A stretch of DNA of 64,000 bases, taken from NCBI GenBank assembly GCA_963677925.2, contig CAXXYH010000003.1:1952001-2016000 (forward strand). The letters run 5' to 3'. The position numbers were made by a program, and so were the translations under genes. Under the pieces are notes generated by a model. That model worked only from the letters and a program-made list of their open reading frames with translations, did not search any database and was not told where the DNA came from. This document shows, piece by piece, positions 9,463-20,876 of the stretch. Origin of the DNA: Spirochaetia bacterium (lineage in GTDB: Bacteria; Spirochaetota; Spirochaetia; UBA9216). Numbering within the stretch: the first letter of the stretch is position 1; the number at the start of each line of letters is the position of its first letter.

Positions 9463-11323
9463 TATTTTTACCCAGCATTACCAGAAGTACCGCTATATCA
9501 GAGGAGCGTACCCCTGAAATTCTTGAAGCCTGTCCGACTGAAACCGGGCGGATATTTCTGAATTTCTCAATCGATTCCTTCGATATTCCGGACAATCCAT
9601 CATAATCAAAATTTTCGGGTATTTTAAGGTTCTCCATTCTTTTAAATCGGTTAATCTGCTGCATCTGACGATCAATATATCCTTCATACTTGATATCAAT
9701 CGCAGCCTGCTCCACCCACTGCCGGTTTCGTTCTGCCAGCTCAGGTTCTATATCTATCAGATCTTCCGGGTTAAAATCGGGAATCCTCATCAGTTTTTCA
9801 AGGGTCTCACCAAGCCTGTCTTTGAAACGTTCTGTCATTTCGGGTGTCTTCTCAATATCAGCCTTTTTTATTCTGCGCTGGTTTAGAAGTTCCTTTATTT
9901 CATCAATACCCTGACGCTTTTCAACAAGACGGGCCATTGCTTCTTCAGTCTGCAGCCCGGCAGCGTAGCCCTTTTCCGTCAGCCGCATATCAGCAGTATC
10001 ATGGCGAAGGCATAAGCGGTATTCGGCCCTGGATGTAAACATCCGGTATGGTTCCTTTGTGCCAAGAGTAACGAGGTCATCAATCAAAACACCGGCATAG
10101 GCTTCTGCCCTGGAAAGAACCAGCGGATCCCTGCCCTGCAGATACATTGCAGCGTTTATTCCTGCAAGCAGACCCTGGCAGGCAGCTTCTTCGTAGCCCG
10201 AAGTACCGTTAGTCTGCCCGGCCGAAAAAAGTCCCTCGATCCTCTTTGTCATAAGTGCCGGGGTCAGCTGGGTCGGCTCCAGATAATCATACTCTACAGC
10301 GTAACCCGGCCGCAGAACTTCCACATGCTCAAGGCCGGGCAGCGTTCTCAGAAAGGCTTCCTGAACAGTCTCGGGAAGCGATGATGATATCCCGTTAAGA
10401 TACATCTCTTCAGAGTTCAGGCCTTCCGGCTCGACAAATATCTGGTGGCGCTCACGTTCAGGAAACCTTACAACCTTGTCCTCAATGGACGGGCAGTACC
10501 TTGGACCTGTACCTACTATTTTCCCGCCGTACAGCGGCGATTTATCCATGTTTGCACGGATTATTTCGTGTGTTTTTTCGTTTGTATATGTTATATGACA
10601 GCTCTGATCAGGACGCTGTACTGTATCATTTTCGAATGAAAAAGGCAGCATCTCCGAATCTCCGGGCTGGACTTCAAGTTTGTCATAATCGATCGAGGAG
10701 GAAGCAACCCTGGCGGGGGTTCCCGTTTTAAGACGCCCGACAGTGAATCCAAGTTTCCGTAATGAAAGCCCAAGCCCCAGTGCTGCGGGCTCACCAAGCC
10801 TGCCTGAAGACGTTTCATAGTCTCCTATGAAGATTTTACCCTCCATGAAGGTTCCGGTGGTCATTACAACGGTCCGGGAACGAAAGCGTCTGCCCCGCTC
10901 GGTAATTACGCCCTCGATCCGGTTTCCGGCACTGTTCAGGAGAAAATCGGTGACCGTATCCTGGAAAGGATGAAGATTTTTCTGAGTTTCAACCGTATCC
11001 TTTGCATAGCGGTTGTAAAGAAATTTATCAGCCTGCGCACGCGGAGCCTGTACTGCAGGGCCCCTTCTGCGGTTAAGTATGCGGAACTGTATCATTGTCC
11101 TGTCTATCAGCCGTCCCATTTCACCACCGAGAGCATCGATCTCACGAACGATATTTCCCTTGGAAAGCCCGCCAATCGAAGGATTGCAGGATAGCCGTCC
11201 TATTGCATCAAGGCTCTGCGTGATCAGCATTGTTTCAAAACCCATTCGGGCAAGTGCAAGAGAGGCTTCTATTCCGGCATGTCCGCCGCCTATAACTATT
11301 GCGTCAAAATCCCAGTCTTTCAA
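9455..11323 (-). CDS. mnmG: tRNA uridine-5-carboxymethylaminomethyl modification enzyme
   Basis: GGGHAG FAD motif, [47 protein letters not shown]. Confidence 0.97.
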   Translation of the reverse strand: MKDWDFDAIVIGGGHAGIEASLALARMGFETMLITQSLDAIGRLSCNPSIGGLSKGNIVREIDALGGEMGRLIDRTMIQFRILNRRRGPAVQAPRAQADKFLYNRYAKDTVETQKNLHPFQDTVTDFLLNSAGNRIEGVITERGRRFRSRTVVMTTGTFMEGKIFIGDYETSSGRLGEPAALGLGLSLRKLGFTVGRLKTGTPARVASSSIDYDKLEVQPGDSEMLPFSFENDTVQRPDQSCHITYTNEKTHEIIRANMDKSPLYGGKIVGTGPRYCPSIEDKVVRFPERERHQIFVEPEGLNSEEMYLNGISSSLPETVQEAFLRTLPGLEHVEVLRPGYAVEYDYLEPTQLTPALMTKRIEGLFSAGQTNGTSGYEEAACQGLLAGINAAMYLQGRDPLVLSRAEAYAGVLIDDLVTLGTKEPYRMFTSRAEYRLCLRHDTADMRLTEKGYAAGLQTEEAMARLVEKRQGIDEIKELLNQRRIKKADIEKTPEMTERFKDRLGETLEKLMRIPDFNPEDLIDIEPELAERNRQWVEQAAIDIKYEGYIDRQMQQINRFKRMENLKIPENFDYDGLSGISKESIEKFRNIRPVSVGQASRISGVRSSDIAVLLVMLGKNNE

Positions 11324-11324
11324 A

Positions 11325-12713
11325 TTATTTACCTACACAAAAATTGGAAAACATATTGTTGAGTATATCAACAGAACTAACTTCACCGGTGATCTCACCA
11401 AGGGCATCAAGTGAAGCCCTCAGCTCCATAGCGGCTATATCAAGAGGCATACGGCCTTCGGCTGTTTCTACAGCCTTGCCGAGGGAGGCCGAAGCCTTTA
11501 CAAGCAGATCATACTGCCTTTGTGAATCAACTACAGTATCACCGTCAAAACTCCTGCTTCCGCAGGCTGCGTTAAGCAGCGCCTTCTCAAGCTCGGGAAA
11601 ACCTTCACCTGTAACAGAGCTTAAAGCTATGAATCCGTCCGGTACGCTGTTACCCGATTCGCCTTTACCGGCAAGATCAGTCCGGCTCCAGATTTTAATC
11701 GTCTTTCGGTCCTTTTCAAAACTCTCAATACGGGTCCGGTCCTCGTTGCTGATTCCGCTGACTGAGTCGACAAGATACACCACAATCGCCGAACCTTCAA
11801 TGACCCTTCCGCTGCGCCTTATGCCTTCAGCTTCTATAGGGTTATCCGAGTCGCGGAGGCCGGCGGTGTCATAAACCCGCATTGGAATACCGTCTATGGT
11901 AATCCATGATTCAATATAATCCCTGGTAGTCCCGTGTATTTCAGAGACAATAGCCCGATCTTCTTTGAGCAGCAGGTTGAAAAGCGATGATTTCCCGGCA
12001 TTAGTCCTGCCTGCAAGTGCAACAGGGACTCCTTCACGGTATACCTTGCCTACAGAATAGCTGTCCGCCAGCCTGTCTATCTCCGCCCTGATCGCGGTAA
12101 TATCTTCAGGTTTCAGCGGATATTCTGCAATCTGTCCGTCAAGTTCATCCTCAGGGTAATCAAGAAGAAGCTCTACAGACGAGAGCATATCGACAATATT
12201 TTTCTTAAAGCTGTTGATTCGGGCTTCCAGCATGCCGGCAAGCCTGTTCACTGCCAGGTTGTGGGCGCGGATTGTTTTTGCAGTAACAATCTCATGCACA
12301 GCCTCAGCCTTGGTCAGATCAAGCTTGCCGTTAACAAAGGCCCGCATGGTAAATTCTCCAGGTGCGGCGTCGCGGAAACCATTCCTGCGTAAAATGTCGA
12401 GGATGGCGGAAATAGCAGGAATTCCTCCATGGCAGGAGATTTCCGCACTGTCCTCACCGGTAAAGCTGTGAGGTGCACGGAATACCGAAATAAGGACCTG
12501 GTCAGCCTTTTTGCCTGTTTGCGGATCAATTATATATCCATATACAACCATGTTCCCTTCCGCGGAGGCAAGCTTGTCAGACGCGGAGAAAACCTTTGCC
12601 GTCATCTCAATAACCGAAGTTCCGCTTGTCCGGATTACAGCAAGTGCGCTTTCCTCCCATCCCGTGGCAAGGGCGGCAATGGGTTCATCAGTGGTATATT
12701 CAAGTTCATTCAT
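11325..12713 (-). CDS. mnmE: tRNA modification GTPase
   Basis: [34 protein letters not shown]-terminal FCVGK. Confidence 0.97.
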   Translation of the reverse strand: MNELEYTTDEPIAALATGWEESALAVIRTSGTSVIEMTAKVFSASDKLASAEGNMVVYGYIIDPQTGKKADQVLISVFRAPHSFTGEDSAEISCHGGIPAISAILDILRRNGFRDAAPGEFTMRAFVNGKLDLTKAEAVHEIVTAKTIRAHNLAVNRLAGMLEARINSFKKNIVDMLSSVELLLDYPEDELDGQIAEYPLKPEDITAIRAEIDRLADSYSVGKVYREGVPVALAGRTNAGKSSLFNLLLKEDRAIVSEIHGTTRDYIESWITIDGIPMRVYDTAGLRDSDNPIEAEGIRRSGRVIEGSAIVVYLVDSVSGISNEDRTRIESFEKDRKTIKIWSRTDLAGKGESGNSVPDGFIALSSVTGEGFPELEKALLNAACGSRSFDGDTVVDSQRQYDLLVKASASLGKAVETAEGRMPLDIAAMELRASLDALGEITGEVSSVDILNNMFSNFCVGK

Positions 12714-12721
12714 ACTGTTAC

Positions 12722-12789
12722 AGAATAATCAAAAAACCGCTGATTATCAATCATGGTACTTAACACGCAGACTGACTGGGTGATAGTAT
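12722..12789. promoter_or_regulatory. Divergent sigma70-type promoters for mnmE and the phosphodiesterase
   Basis: Minus TTGATA-17-TATTCT, 8 nt before ATG 12713; plus TTAACA-18-TAGTAT (TGn extension), 6 nt before ATG 12796. Confidence 0.55.
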
Positions 12790-12795
12790 TTTCAC

Positions 12796-13563
12796 ATGAA
12801 TATACTTCCGGGAGCCGAAAGGCCGCTTATCTTTGCACACAGGGGATATTCTTCAATTGCCCCTGAAAATACTCTGGCTTCTTTCAGCGAGGCCCTTAAC
12901 CGCGGTGTGCCCGGCGTAGAGCTGGACATTCATCTTGCGGCAGGCGGAGAGCTTGTAGTTACCCATGACGACAATCTGAAACGTGTTACCGGACTTGATA
13001 AAAAAGTCGAAGATACCGATCTTGCCGAAATAAAGAAGCTGGACGCGGGCGGATGGAAGGACGTAAAATATTCAGGCGAGAAGATTCCGCTTCTGGAAGA
13101 AGTTTTCGACCTGCTTGGCGATAAGGTCTATTACGATATAGAAATAAAATCCCGTATGCGCAGTGAATCGGGTATCGAAAAAAAGCTCTATGAGCTGATT
13201 AAACAATACAAACTCAACGAAAGATGCATAGTCTCATCATTCAACCCTCTTCCGCTGAAGTACTTCAAAAACTACAGTAAGGAAGTACCGACAGCTATCA
13301 TTTACTGCAACGATGATGAACTGCCCTGGTACCTGAGGCTTGGTGAGGGAAAGTGGATTGGAAATACCGATATACTGAAACCCGAACACGTCAAGATTAA
13401 CAGCCTTTCGATGTTCTTCAATAAGAGCATTGGAGGAAGGCCCGTACTGCCATGGACTGTGGATGATCCTGAAATTGTGAAAAAGCTTCTGTCAAAAGGT
13501 GTGGACGGAATCATCTCAAATGACCCGTCCGTATCATGTGCGCCGGTTACGGCAGCTCGTTGA
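12796..13563 (+). CDS. Glycerophosphodiester phosphodiesterase (GlpQ/UgpQ family)
   Basis: AHRG, PENT, ELDIH, HD, IEIK, WTVDD, GVDGIISN motifs. Confidence 0.93.
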   Translation: MNILPGAERPLIFAHRGYSSIAPENTLASFSEALNRGVPGVELDIHLAAGGELVVTHDDNLKRVTGLDKKVEDTDLAEIKKLDAGGWKDVKYSGEKIPLLEEVFDLLGDKVYYDIEIKSRMRSESGIEKKLYELIKQYKLNERCIVSSFNPLPLKYFKNYSKEVPTAIIYCNDDELPWYLRLGEGKWIGNTDILKPEHVKINSLSMFFNKSIGGRPVLPWTVDDPEIVKKLLSKGVDGIISNDPSVSCAPVTAAR

Positions 13564-15001
13564 CGAGTTTTTCACCGTAAATCTTTCCAAGGCTGTTGAA
13601 TGCGGCAGAGATTGTACCGGAGTTGTTCCCGCCTATGGCCCTTTTCTGTTCCGATGAACTGAAAAGGATCTTACCGGTTGCCAGTTCCACAGCCTTAAGA
13701 CTTCCGGTAACCTTTACTGTAAAAGCACCGTTTCCCTCTTCAAAACTGCTTATCTCGGCGGTACCGAATATCATCCGGTCATAGCTGTTACCATACTGAG
13801 CGTTCATCATATTGATAAGCTCAGTATCGTTTACAGCAGTCATTCGGTAGTCAACCGGTACCATATATACATCAAAGCCTGCCGCCGACAGCTCGGAGAG
13901 GATTCCGGCCGCAGTGTCGGTTTTATCCAGAGGATTTCCGCTGCGATCGACATCCATTACCATTATGCAGGTTGGAATTTCCACAGCCATTGAAAATACA
14001 TTGTATTCAAATACATAGCGTTTATTATTAACTTCCTGTTCAAGCCCGTCCACATACTTCAGCAGTTCAAACGGAACGTCTTCAAGCGGTTCCACTAGAG
14101 CACGCATATCAAGAAAAAAGGTGATCTTTTCCTTTCCGACAAAACCGGGAGCCGGAGAATTAAATTCAAAAACACCGTCCGCTCCTGTCAAACCTGTAAA
14201 TGTTTTCACTGTTTTTCTGCCGTTTGAGCGCATTTCCTTATAGCTGACAGTCACGGGCAGACCTTCAAGAGCCTTACTTCCGCCGGTGAGTCTGACCTTA
14301 AAGGACTCGGGGAAGCTTCGGTTTATATATGTCCCTTCCGGTGCAGATACAGGTTCAATCTCTATGCGGCTTACAGCCTGCTTAGCCTTGTTAATATTCC
14401 GTTCAAATTTGATCGCTGAATTTTCAAGCTTTGAAGTTGAAGCAGCCATTGCGGCTTCAAGATATTTTACTGCAGCACGGTAGTACCTTTCTTCGGAAAC
14501 AAGGGTATCACCCTCTGCTTCGGGACCTGAAATTGCCTCCTGCTTCTCTTTAAACAGAGCTTCCAGACGTTCCTTTTCTGCCTGAAGTGCAGCTTTTTCA
14601 TATTCAACAAGAACATGAACATTCACCCCGTCTCCTGATTCATCTATCCAGACTTCCCGAATCTTCATCCCCGTAATACGGGCGGATGAGTTCTCTTTAA
14701 TCACAGCTTTGATTTCAGATTCATATTCACCGTAGGCGTCACGGAGTTCAACACTGGTATCGGAACTGATATTTACATCAAGATACCGTGTGATATCTGA
14801 AAGTATTATCGATGATGCCTGCTCAAAGGCAAGGCCTGTATCACCCTCAGAATCGGAACCTATTCCGGTAAAGTAAACAAAGTCAGAATCATCCGCCGGC
14901 GGGCTTGTAACCCATTCCGGAGCCCCTGAAGTAGTTGCGCAGGAAATAATGAGAATAACCGCTATTGCCGAAACAGCTCCTTTAATCAGTCTTTTTATCA
15001 T
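13547..15001 (-). CDS. LPP20-like lipoprotein with Ig-like and CsgG/TolB-N-like C-terminal modules
   Basis: Start taken at MIKRLIK (15001); lipobox IISC; APEWVTSPP...YFTGIG typical of LPP20; C-term MIFGTAEI...SLKAVELATGKILFS. Confidence 0.65.
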   Translation of the reverse strand: MIKRLIKGAVSAIAVILIISCATTSGAPEWVTSPPADDSDFVYFTGIGSDSEGDTGLAFEQASSIILSDITRYLDVNISSDTSVELRDAYGEYESEIKAVIKENSSARITGMKIREVWIDESGDGVNVHVLVEYEKAALQAEKERLEALFKEKQEAISGPEAEGDTLVSEERYYRAAVKYLEAAMAASTSKLENSAIKFERNINKAKQAVSRIEIEPVSAPEGTYINRSFPESFKVRLTGGSKALEGLPVTVSYKEMRSNGRKTVKTFTGLTGADGVFEFNSPAPGFVGKEKITFFLDMRALVEPLEDVPFELLKYVDGLEQEVNNKRYVFEYNVFSMAVEIPTCIMVMDVDRSGNPLDKTDTAAGILSELSAAGFDVYMVPVDYRMTAVNDTELINMMNAQYGNSYDRMIFGTAEISSFEEGNGAFTVKVTGSLKAVELATGKILFSSSEQKRAIGGNNSGTISAAFNSLGKIYGEKLVNELP

Positions 15002-15005
15002 AAGC

Positions 15006-16370
15006 CTACATTCCCGTATCAAAGGTGATTGAATTTCTCCGCTGCATTACAAGGGTCAGGTTTTCAAGACCGGGTATCAGTTCTGCTGTATCATAAATCA
15101 GGTCTTCCAGCATTCCGATATCTCCAATCAATGAAACCTCATATATAGTTTCTTCCGGTGAATATGACAGCCGCTTGATATTTTTAACCTTCTTCTCAAC
15201 TTTCTTCGAAAAGTCTCTCATCACTGCGGAGTCCGGAGTATTTACTACATATAGCGTGTACTTGAATCCGGAAGACAGAGCCTTCAGAGTTTCCTCTTCG
15301 GCACCCGCTACAGCAGCAGACATCCCCTTGAAGGCTGCAGAAGTTACAGCATTGTTCAGAGCATCAGACTCTGAAACGGTGCTGAATGCGGGAGGATTAG
15401 TCTGGTAGACAGCTGAACCCCGGCCAATCGCAGTTGAGGCATCATAACAGTTCAGGGTTACAGAGGCGGTACCGTAGTATTTGCCGGCTTCTGTACTGCT
15501 GCTTGCATCAAGGGCCACTTCAATATAGATGTCGGCATTCAGTTTGTGTGCGATCCACTGTATAACACTTACCGCTTCACCTGTCTCTTCCTCATAAACA
15601 AGCCTCTGATCGTTTTTAATCCTCTCTATCTGATTAAGATCTATGTACTCAATCCCCTGCTGCTCAAGATACCTGTTGGCACTCGCAACAGCTGCTCTTG
15701 CAAGGTAGGGATTATTTTCTGTTTCATCATTGAAATAGACCATATAGGTCATTTCAGACAGATATTCCTTTATCACTGCCAGTTCATATGGAGTAACGGA
15801 TACATCGGCCGGAACAGTCTCGGGACTTGAGGTGCCTGCTTCACTGTTGCCTGCAGCCTGAGTATTCTCTTCGGCAGCACCAGCATTAACCGCAGGAGCC
15901 TTCTGATCATTTAATATGTAGACCCTTCCTGAAGTACCGTCAACCTGACCGCCGAATATGTCCCTGGAACTCAGCAGATCAGCTATGCTCTCAAGATTCA
16001 TCCGGACTCCGATCTGATAACTGAAACCGGCAGACTGCTCACTGCTTATAGTCTGCTGTGAATCTTTATAAATATAGGGCGAAAAGTCGGTTATACCTGC
16101 CAGCAGATCATCAAGCTCCTGCTTCTGAGCCTCATAGGCTGCAGTCTCAAGAAGATCCTCAGCCGTCTGCCTTACAGCAGACATTCTGGCGTTACGCATG
16201 GCCTCAAGCGCAGAACTGCCTTCGCCGTATCCGTAATAGACCGGCCTGCCGCTCTGGGCTCCAGCCTTACCGCTTTCTGTCGTTGTACATGAAAAAATTA
16301 TCGTAGAAAGAACTGCTGTGATCAGCAGAATTGCTGTTCTCTTAATGATGCTCATATTACGTATCTCCAT
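15006..16370 (-). CDS. Lipoprotein of unknown function (FlgT-N/LPP20-like plus CsgG-like modules)
   Basis: Lipobox IFSC; YGYGEG...AMRNARMSAVRQ; LNADIYIEV...ASVTLNCYDASTA. Confidence 0.55.
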   Translation of the reverse strand: MEIRNMSIIKRTAILLITAVLSTIIFSCTTTESGKAGAQSGRPVYYGYGEGSSALEAMRNARMSAVRQTAEDLLETAAYEAQKQELDDLLAGITDFSPYIYKDSQQTISSEQSAGFSYQIGVRMNLESIADLLSSRDIFGGQVDGTSGRVYILNDQKAPAVNAGAAEENTQAAGNSEAGTSSPETVPADVSVTPYELAVIKEYLSEMTYMVYFNDETENNPYLARAAVASANRYLEQQGIEYIDLNQIERIKNDQRLVYEEETGEAVSVIQWIAHKLNADIYIEVALDASSSTEAGKYYGTASVTLNCYDASTAIGRGSAVYQTNPPAFSTVSESDALNNAVTSAAFKGMSAAVAGAEEETLKALSSGFKYTLYVVNTPDSAVMRDFSKKVEKKVKNIKRLSYSPEETIYEVSLIGDIGMLEDLIYDTAELIPGLENLTLVMQRRNSITFDTGM

Positions 16371-16372
16371 AT

Positions 16373-17698
16373 CTACAGTTTAAATGTAACACCCAATCCG
16401 CCAAAAATCCCGCCGAAAGACTGGACCTGGGTCAGAATATCGGGCACAAGACTGAACCAGTAAGTATATCCGCCTTCAGCAAAGACTCTCATATTATCCG
16501 ATACCATCCAGTTCACCGCAAGCCCCATGGTTCCGCCGACATGCGTGAGGTAGAACTGCTCATCATCCTGAATGGGAACCAGTCCTGTTGCACCCAGTGA
16601 AATATTAGGCTCAATCTGCAGCCGACCGAAGTACCACATAAACTCACCTCCGCCATACACTGAAAGAGGCAGACCCGGCCAGTAATTGTTAGCTGTACCG
16701 ACACCTACAGGCACTTCAAGTCCGACAACAGGCCTGAGGCCGTAGAAGCCCCTTGAAGCGGAAGTGCGGACACCGACTGCTGCGCCTGAAAACTCAACGT
16801 CGCCGATAATGTCAAACATCCCCCGGACATAGACTGAAGCATCAGCTCCGAAGCGCGGGATTTCAGTCAGCTGATCGCCGGGAAAGACGCTCTTTCCGCC
16901 GTAAAGAAGCCTGCCGTAGGAGACTTCAGGCTGAACCTCACTGACAACAACAAGTCCTGAGACCTCATTAACAGTATGGCCGCTGGAAAGCTGCCTGGGA
17001 TTGATAACTGAAAACTCATCACCCTGCATTATGCCCATATCACTGCCAAGTTCAATGAGGACCCTGCCGCCCGGCATAACTTCAAGAATTCCGGTTTTCA
17101 GCCTGAACTCCTCGATAATCCTAATCTCATAATCCAGCTGGGTGGCTATCGATGATGAAGCTTCCTGAGCAGCCTCTCTCTGGCTGTCGCCGTTTCCGTA
17201 GGTATCGACGAGAAAGTGGGCAATAGTTCCGGAATCCTGAACCGATATAAAAGTGAAAGAAGTCTGAAGCTGTACTTCCCATTCTGTACCGTCCCCGGAA
17301 ACAGTCGATTCGTAGTATGTAAGAACCGGAATAACTATAATAAAAGACCCTGTCAGCCGCTGAAATTCGGCCTCTGTAAACGTTTCCTCTCCAAGGCGGT
17401 ACTTTTCATCAACAACAAGATTCGACTCATTAGCCTTCTTTATATATTCGGCAAATTCATCAACGCTGTCTGCGGAAAGCCTGTAATTCAATCCTTTGAC
17501 ATTAAACCTGCCCAGTTTGTTGAAAACAGAGACGATCTGCTGATCAACCATGCCCAGAGCCCCGGAAGGCACTGACCAGTCATAATAATTAAGAGCAAAG
17601 ACGGCTATTTCCTTTTTCTCGGAAACCTCCTGTGCTCCGGCTGCTGTAGTGAGCATCAATGCAGCAGTCAAAATGAGAAGTATCTTTTTCATACACAC
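16373..17698 (-). CDS. Exported protein: CsgG-like, FlgT-C-like and putative C-terminal outer-membrane beta-barrel
   Basis: Sec signal ending AGA-Q; IAVF...LGRFNV; VLIELGSDMGIMQGDEFSV...VVVSEVQPEVS; alternating Gly/aromatic strands ending GGLGVTFKL. Confidence 0.6.
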   Translation of the reverse strand: MCMKKILLILTAALMLTTAAGAQEVSEKKEIAVFALNYYDWSVPSGALGMVDQQIVSVFNKLGRFNVKGLNYRLSADSVDEFAEYIKKANESNLVVDEKYRLGEETFTEAEFQRLTGSFIIVIPVLTYYESTVSGDGTEWEVQLQTSFTFISVQDSGTIAHFLVDTYGNGDSQREAAQEASSSIATQLDYEIRIIEEFRLKTGILEVMPGGRVLIELGSDMGIMQGDEFSVINPRQLSSGHTVNEVSGLVVVSEVQPEVSYGRLLYGGKSVFPGDQLTEIPRFGADASVYVRGMFDIIGDVEFSGAAVGVRTSASRGFYGLRPVVGLEVPVGVGTANNYWPGLPLSVYGGGEFMWYFGRLQIEPNISLGATGLVPIQDDEQFYLTHVGGTMGLAVNWMVSDNMRVFAEGGYTYWFSLVPDILTQVQSFGGIFGGLGVTFKL

Positions 17699-17703
17699 AG
17701 CCC

Positions 17704-19617
17704 TTATAATTTAATTTCCGAACCGGCAGCAGTCATCGAACCGGAATCAGATGCTCCGGCAACGCTTAAACTTTTTCTTAAAATCAGTATATCACTTATA
17801 GGCAGATTATGCCGGTTTTTATTCCGGAGAATACATTCTATTCCATTGCTGTAATCATTTATATCGACAGGGATTGACTTATCCTGATAGATAATACTGC
17901 TGTTTTCCTCAGAAGAGACAAACTTGAACCGGTAGGCGCTTGTACCATCCTGCAGTTCCGGTTCAAGTTCAATTGTCACCGAGGAATCGGAACTGCCTGC
18001 CGGCTGAATACTGACAAGCAGGGGCAGATTCTCAGTAACCGAATCAATAGTAAAGGAAAATTCCTCTCCTGAAGGAAAAAGTACCGGAATTTTTGCGGCA
18101 CTTCCCGGATGCAGATACAGTCTGCTGTCGGTTATAAACGATTCCTCCATTATCGAAATGCTGCATTTTCCGGGACTGTCAAAGCCCTCGGCAAGAACGA
18201 CACTGCTTCCGAAAATTTTTTCCATTGAACGGTAAAACTGCAGAGGGTCTACGGCTCCCGAATCAGGACTGTTATAAATTCCGAATTCATCAACAAGGTA
18301 ACTGATTCTGCTTCCGGAGAAAAGCGAAGTGATTCCTCCGGGCTGCTCTGCAGCCGAAGGTTGACTGTCAGCCCCTGAATAATTTCTGAAAGTTTCGGAT
18401 GATACTAGAACACCGTTGCTGTAAAGGGCCAGGCTGAGGTATTCTCCGTCCGGCTTTACTGCGAGCGAAAGCTCCGAATGCATTCCGTCCTTGATGAGAC
18501 CGGGCTCACTTATCAATTCATAAACAGCATCTTCTGCCCTGAATTCGGCAGATAGAATCCCGTCCGAAGATATTTTTAGATGCAGTGTATAATTTTCATC
18601 ACTGCTGCGGCTGAAAAACAGAGTTTCACTGCTGAAATCTGCCTCACCCCATTCCGGAATTATTGATAACATAACCGAAAAAGGCTGCAGAACTCCCCAT
18701 TCCGAGGGCAGAATAGATTCACGGAAAGACAGCCCGGATTCGGGCTTGATAAGGTATCCGAAGACTCCCCTGTCAACATTCAGTACAGCCTCTCCATACA
18801 TAACTGCAGAAAGGCTGTCTGAATCACGCCCGGAATTAATAAAATTACCCCTGAAGTGATACAGACTGGTAAAATCACTGTCCGGACTGAACTCAAGATC
18901 AGCAGGAAGCTGGTCTGTTTTTACATAAACCGAAACATAACGTTTAACCGACGGCTCTTCAATGCCGTTTTCATCCTCATAATCTGCCGGATTGTAGGGA
19001 TACAGCTCAGCCTGAAGGCGGTAGATTCCTTCGGTCTCCGGCGCCAGAAGATTTATTCTTTCAAGCCCGCTGGACAGATAGCCCTCGGCAATCAGCTCAT
19101 CCTCTAGCATCCATCGTACCCAGGCGGAAGCTTCCGGGCTTTCAAAGTCGGCAAAAACAAGGCCGCTGCTTCCCGGGTAAAAAACAGGGGGGAATGTAGT
19201 GATCGCTTTTATATAAAATCCTGATTCAGAGATAAAAAATACGGATCGGTCTGCAGCGAGTTCATCATCCTGACTGTAGATAAGAATTTCCATCATGTAC
19301 CGCCCGGACGGCAGATTATCAGGGATATTCAGCTCGGTATAGAAGTCATTCATGTAAGTTCCGCTGAATTCGGTTGCGTAAACCTCTTCTCCGTAGGAGT
19401 CTGTTATTGCAAGAGTAATGAAATCGGAAGGATGCTGATCATCATCAATATTGATCTCTATATCGAAGGACTCACCGGGAGCCGTCACAGTACTTTTTAC
19501 CGAAGTATTTATCACAGAGTCATCAGCATCCGAGAGCAGGCTTTCCACTGAGGAATTACTGCAGCCCGAAATAAAAATGAGCAGACTGCATACTATCCAC
19601 ATAAATTTTTCATGCAT
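17704..19617 (-). CDS. Large acidic lipoprotein with Ig-like and possible LamG/concanavalin-like domain
   Basis: Lipobox ISGC; beta-rich; LYHFRG, FSVMLSI, LYSNGVLV, LVDEFGIYN resemble LamG-like motifs. Confidence 0.55.
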   Translation of the reverse strand: MHEKFMWIVCSLLIFISGCSNSSVESLLSDADDSVINTSVKSTVTAPGESFDIEINIDDDQHPSDFITLAITDSYGEEVYATEFSGTYMNDFYTELNIPDNLPSGRYMMEILIYSQDDELAADRSVFFISESGFYIKAITTFPPVFYPGSSGLVFADFESPEASAWVRWMLEDELIAEGYLSSGLERINLLAPETEGIYRLQAELYPYNPADYEDENGIEEPSVKRYVSVYVKTDQLPADLEFSPDSDFTSLYHFRGNFINSGRDSDSLSAVMYGEAVLNVDRGVFGYLIKPESGLSFRESILPSEWGVLQPFSVMLSIIPEWGEADFSSETLFFSRSSDENYTLHLKISSDGILSAEFRAEDAVYELISEPGLIKDGMHSELSLAVKPDGEYLSLALYSNGVLVSSETFRNYSGADSQPSAAEQPGGITSLFSGSRISYLVDEFGIYNSPDSGAVDPLQFYRSMEKIFGSSVVLAEGFDSPGKCSISIMEESFITDSRLYLHPGSAAKIPVLFPSGEEFSFTIDSVTENLPLLVSIQPAGSSDSSVTIELEPELQDGTSAYRFKFVSSEENSSIIYQDKSIPVDINDYSNGIECILRNKNRHNLPISDILILRKSLSVAGASDSGSMTAAGSEIKL

Positions 19618-19631
19618 ATTATCTGTTTCAG

Positions 19632-19693
19632 ATTATACCGCTTTTAGATCCGGTTTTCAAATGCTTTTCAAGAAGCATATTTAAAGTTAGAAT
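19632..19693. promoter_or_regulatory. Divergent sigma70-type promoters for the lipoprotein operon and alr
   Basis: Minus TTGAAA(19660-19655)-17-TATAAT(19637-19632); plus TTTTCA-17-TAGAAT(19688-19693), 6 nt before ATG 19700. Confidence 0.6.
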
Positions 19694-19699
19694 GTGCGA

Positions 19700-20828
19700 A
19701 TGAGAGCAACCAGAGCTGTAATTCATTCATCAAATCTGAAGTTTAATTTGGAAAGTATCCGGGATCTCACCGGCAAGGGCGTGAAAATATGCATGGCGGT
19801 TAAGGCTGATGCATATGGACACGGCGCGGAGGGAATCAGCCGTCTGGCGCAGGATTACGGTGTGGACTGTCTTGCTGTTGCCGCAGTGAGTGAAGCCGCT
19901 GAACTGCGATCCTTCGGAATAGAACTTCCAATAATTCTGCTGAGTCCGGCTCTGCCGGAAGAGACAGAAGAGCTACTTGAGCTGAATATTGAACCAGTAA
20001 TCTCTACCGAAGCAGAGCTTAACAGGCTCTCAGAGGCGGCGGACAGGAAGTCAGTTAGGGTCCATCTTAAAATTGATACCGGAATGGGCCGAATCGGATG
20101 CCACAGGGATGATGTTCTCCGCCTTGCCGATGATGATCAGCAATGCACCGGGGCTGGAACTCAGCGGAGTCTGTACTCATTTTCCGGTTAGTGACAGCAC
20201 TGCCGAAAGTGATATAGAGTTTACAAGAAACCAGATTAAACTTTTCAGCGACAGGGTTGAACTTATACGAAGCAGGGGCATAGATCCCGGAACCGTTCAT
20301 GCGGCTAATTCCGGCGGTATAATAAATTATCCTGAATCCCATTTTGATATGGTCAGACCGGGTATAATTGCATACGGCTATCTGCCCGGCGGAATGGATT
20401 CTGTAATAGAGCCTGAAAAACTGAATTTCATGCCTAAACCGGTAATGGGTTTTGAATCCAGGCTGATTCACATAAAAAAAGTGAGCAGGGGAACTGATAT
20501 CTCTTACGGCAGAAGGTTTACTGCAGAGGCTGAAACCTGGATAGGTACGATTCCGGCCGGATACGCAGACGGATACTACAGGCTGCTTTCAAACAAAGGT
20601 AAGATACTGATAAACGGAAAACTTTACCCGGTAGCGGGAACTGTATGTATGGATATGCTCATGGTAGATCTGGGACCCGATCCTGATGTAAAGCTCTACG
20701 ATCGTGCTGTTCTTTTCGGACCTGAAAACGGAGCAATGACAGCCGAGACTCTTGCTGAACTTATCGGAACAATCTCATACGAACTCACCTGTGCCTTATC
20801 CAAACGGGTGCCGCGAATCATCGAATAA
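19700..20828 (+). pseudogene. alr: Alanine racemase split by one frameshift near 20130 (probably a sequencing error)
   Basis: AVKADAYGHG and KIDTGMGRIG in the first ORF; CTHF, HAANSG, VRPGI, GYADGY, CMDM, TISYE in the second; removing one base in gccgatgatgatc joins them. Confidence 0.9.
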
Positions 20829-20855
20829 AAAAGGCCGTCCGATTGGACAGCCCTT
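20827..20855. terminator. Probable terminator hairpin between convergent alr and FecR-like gene
   Basis: aaaaaa-ggccgtcc-gatt-ggacagcc-ctt. Confidence 0.6.
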
Positions 20856-20876
20856 ATACTGTAAGAAATTAAAAGC

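Noticed and set aside
8833-12713. Replication origin next to mnmG/rsmG
   Set aside because: No dnaA, rpmH, yidC or parAB nearby, and no DnaA-box cluster noticed in the short intergenic regions.
20120-20140. Programmed frameshifting in alr
   Set aside because: No slippery heptamer or stimulatory structure seen; it lies at the edge of an indel cluster best explained by sequencing error.
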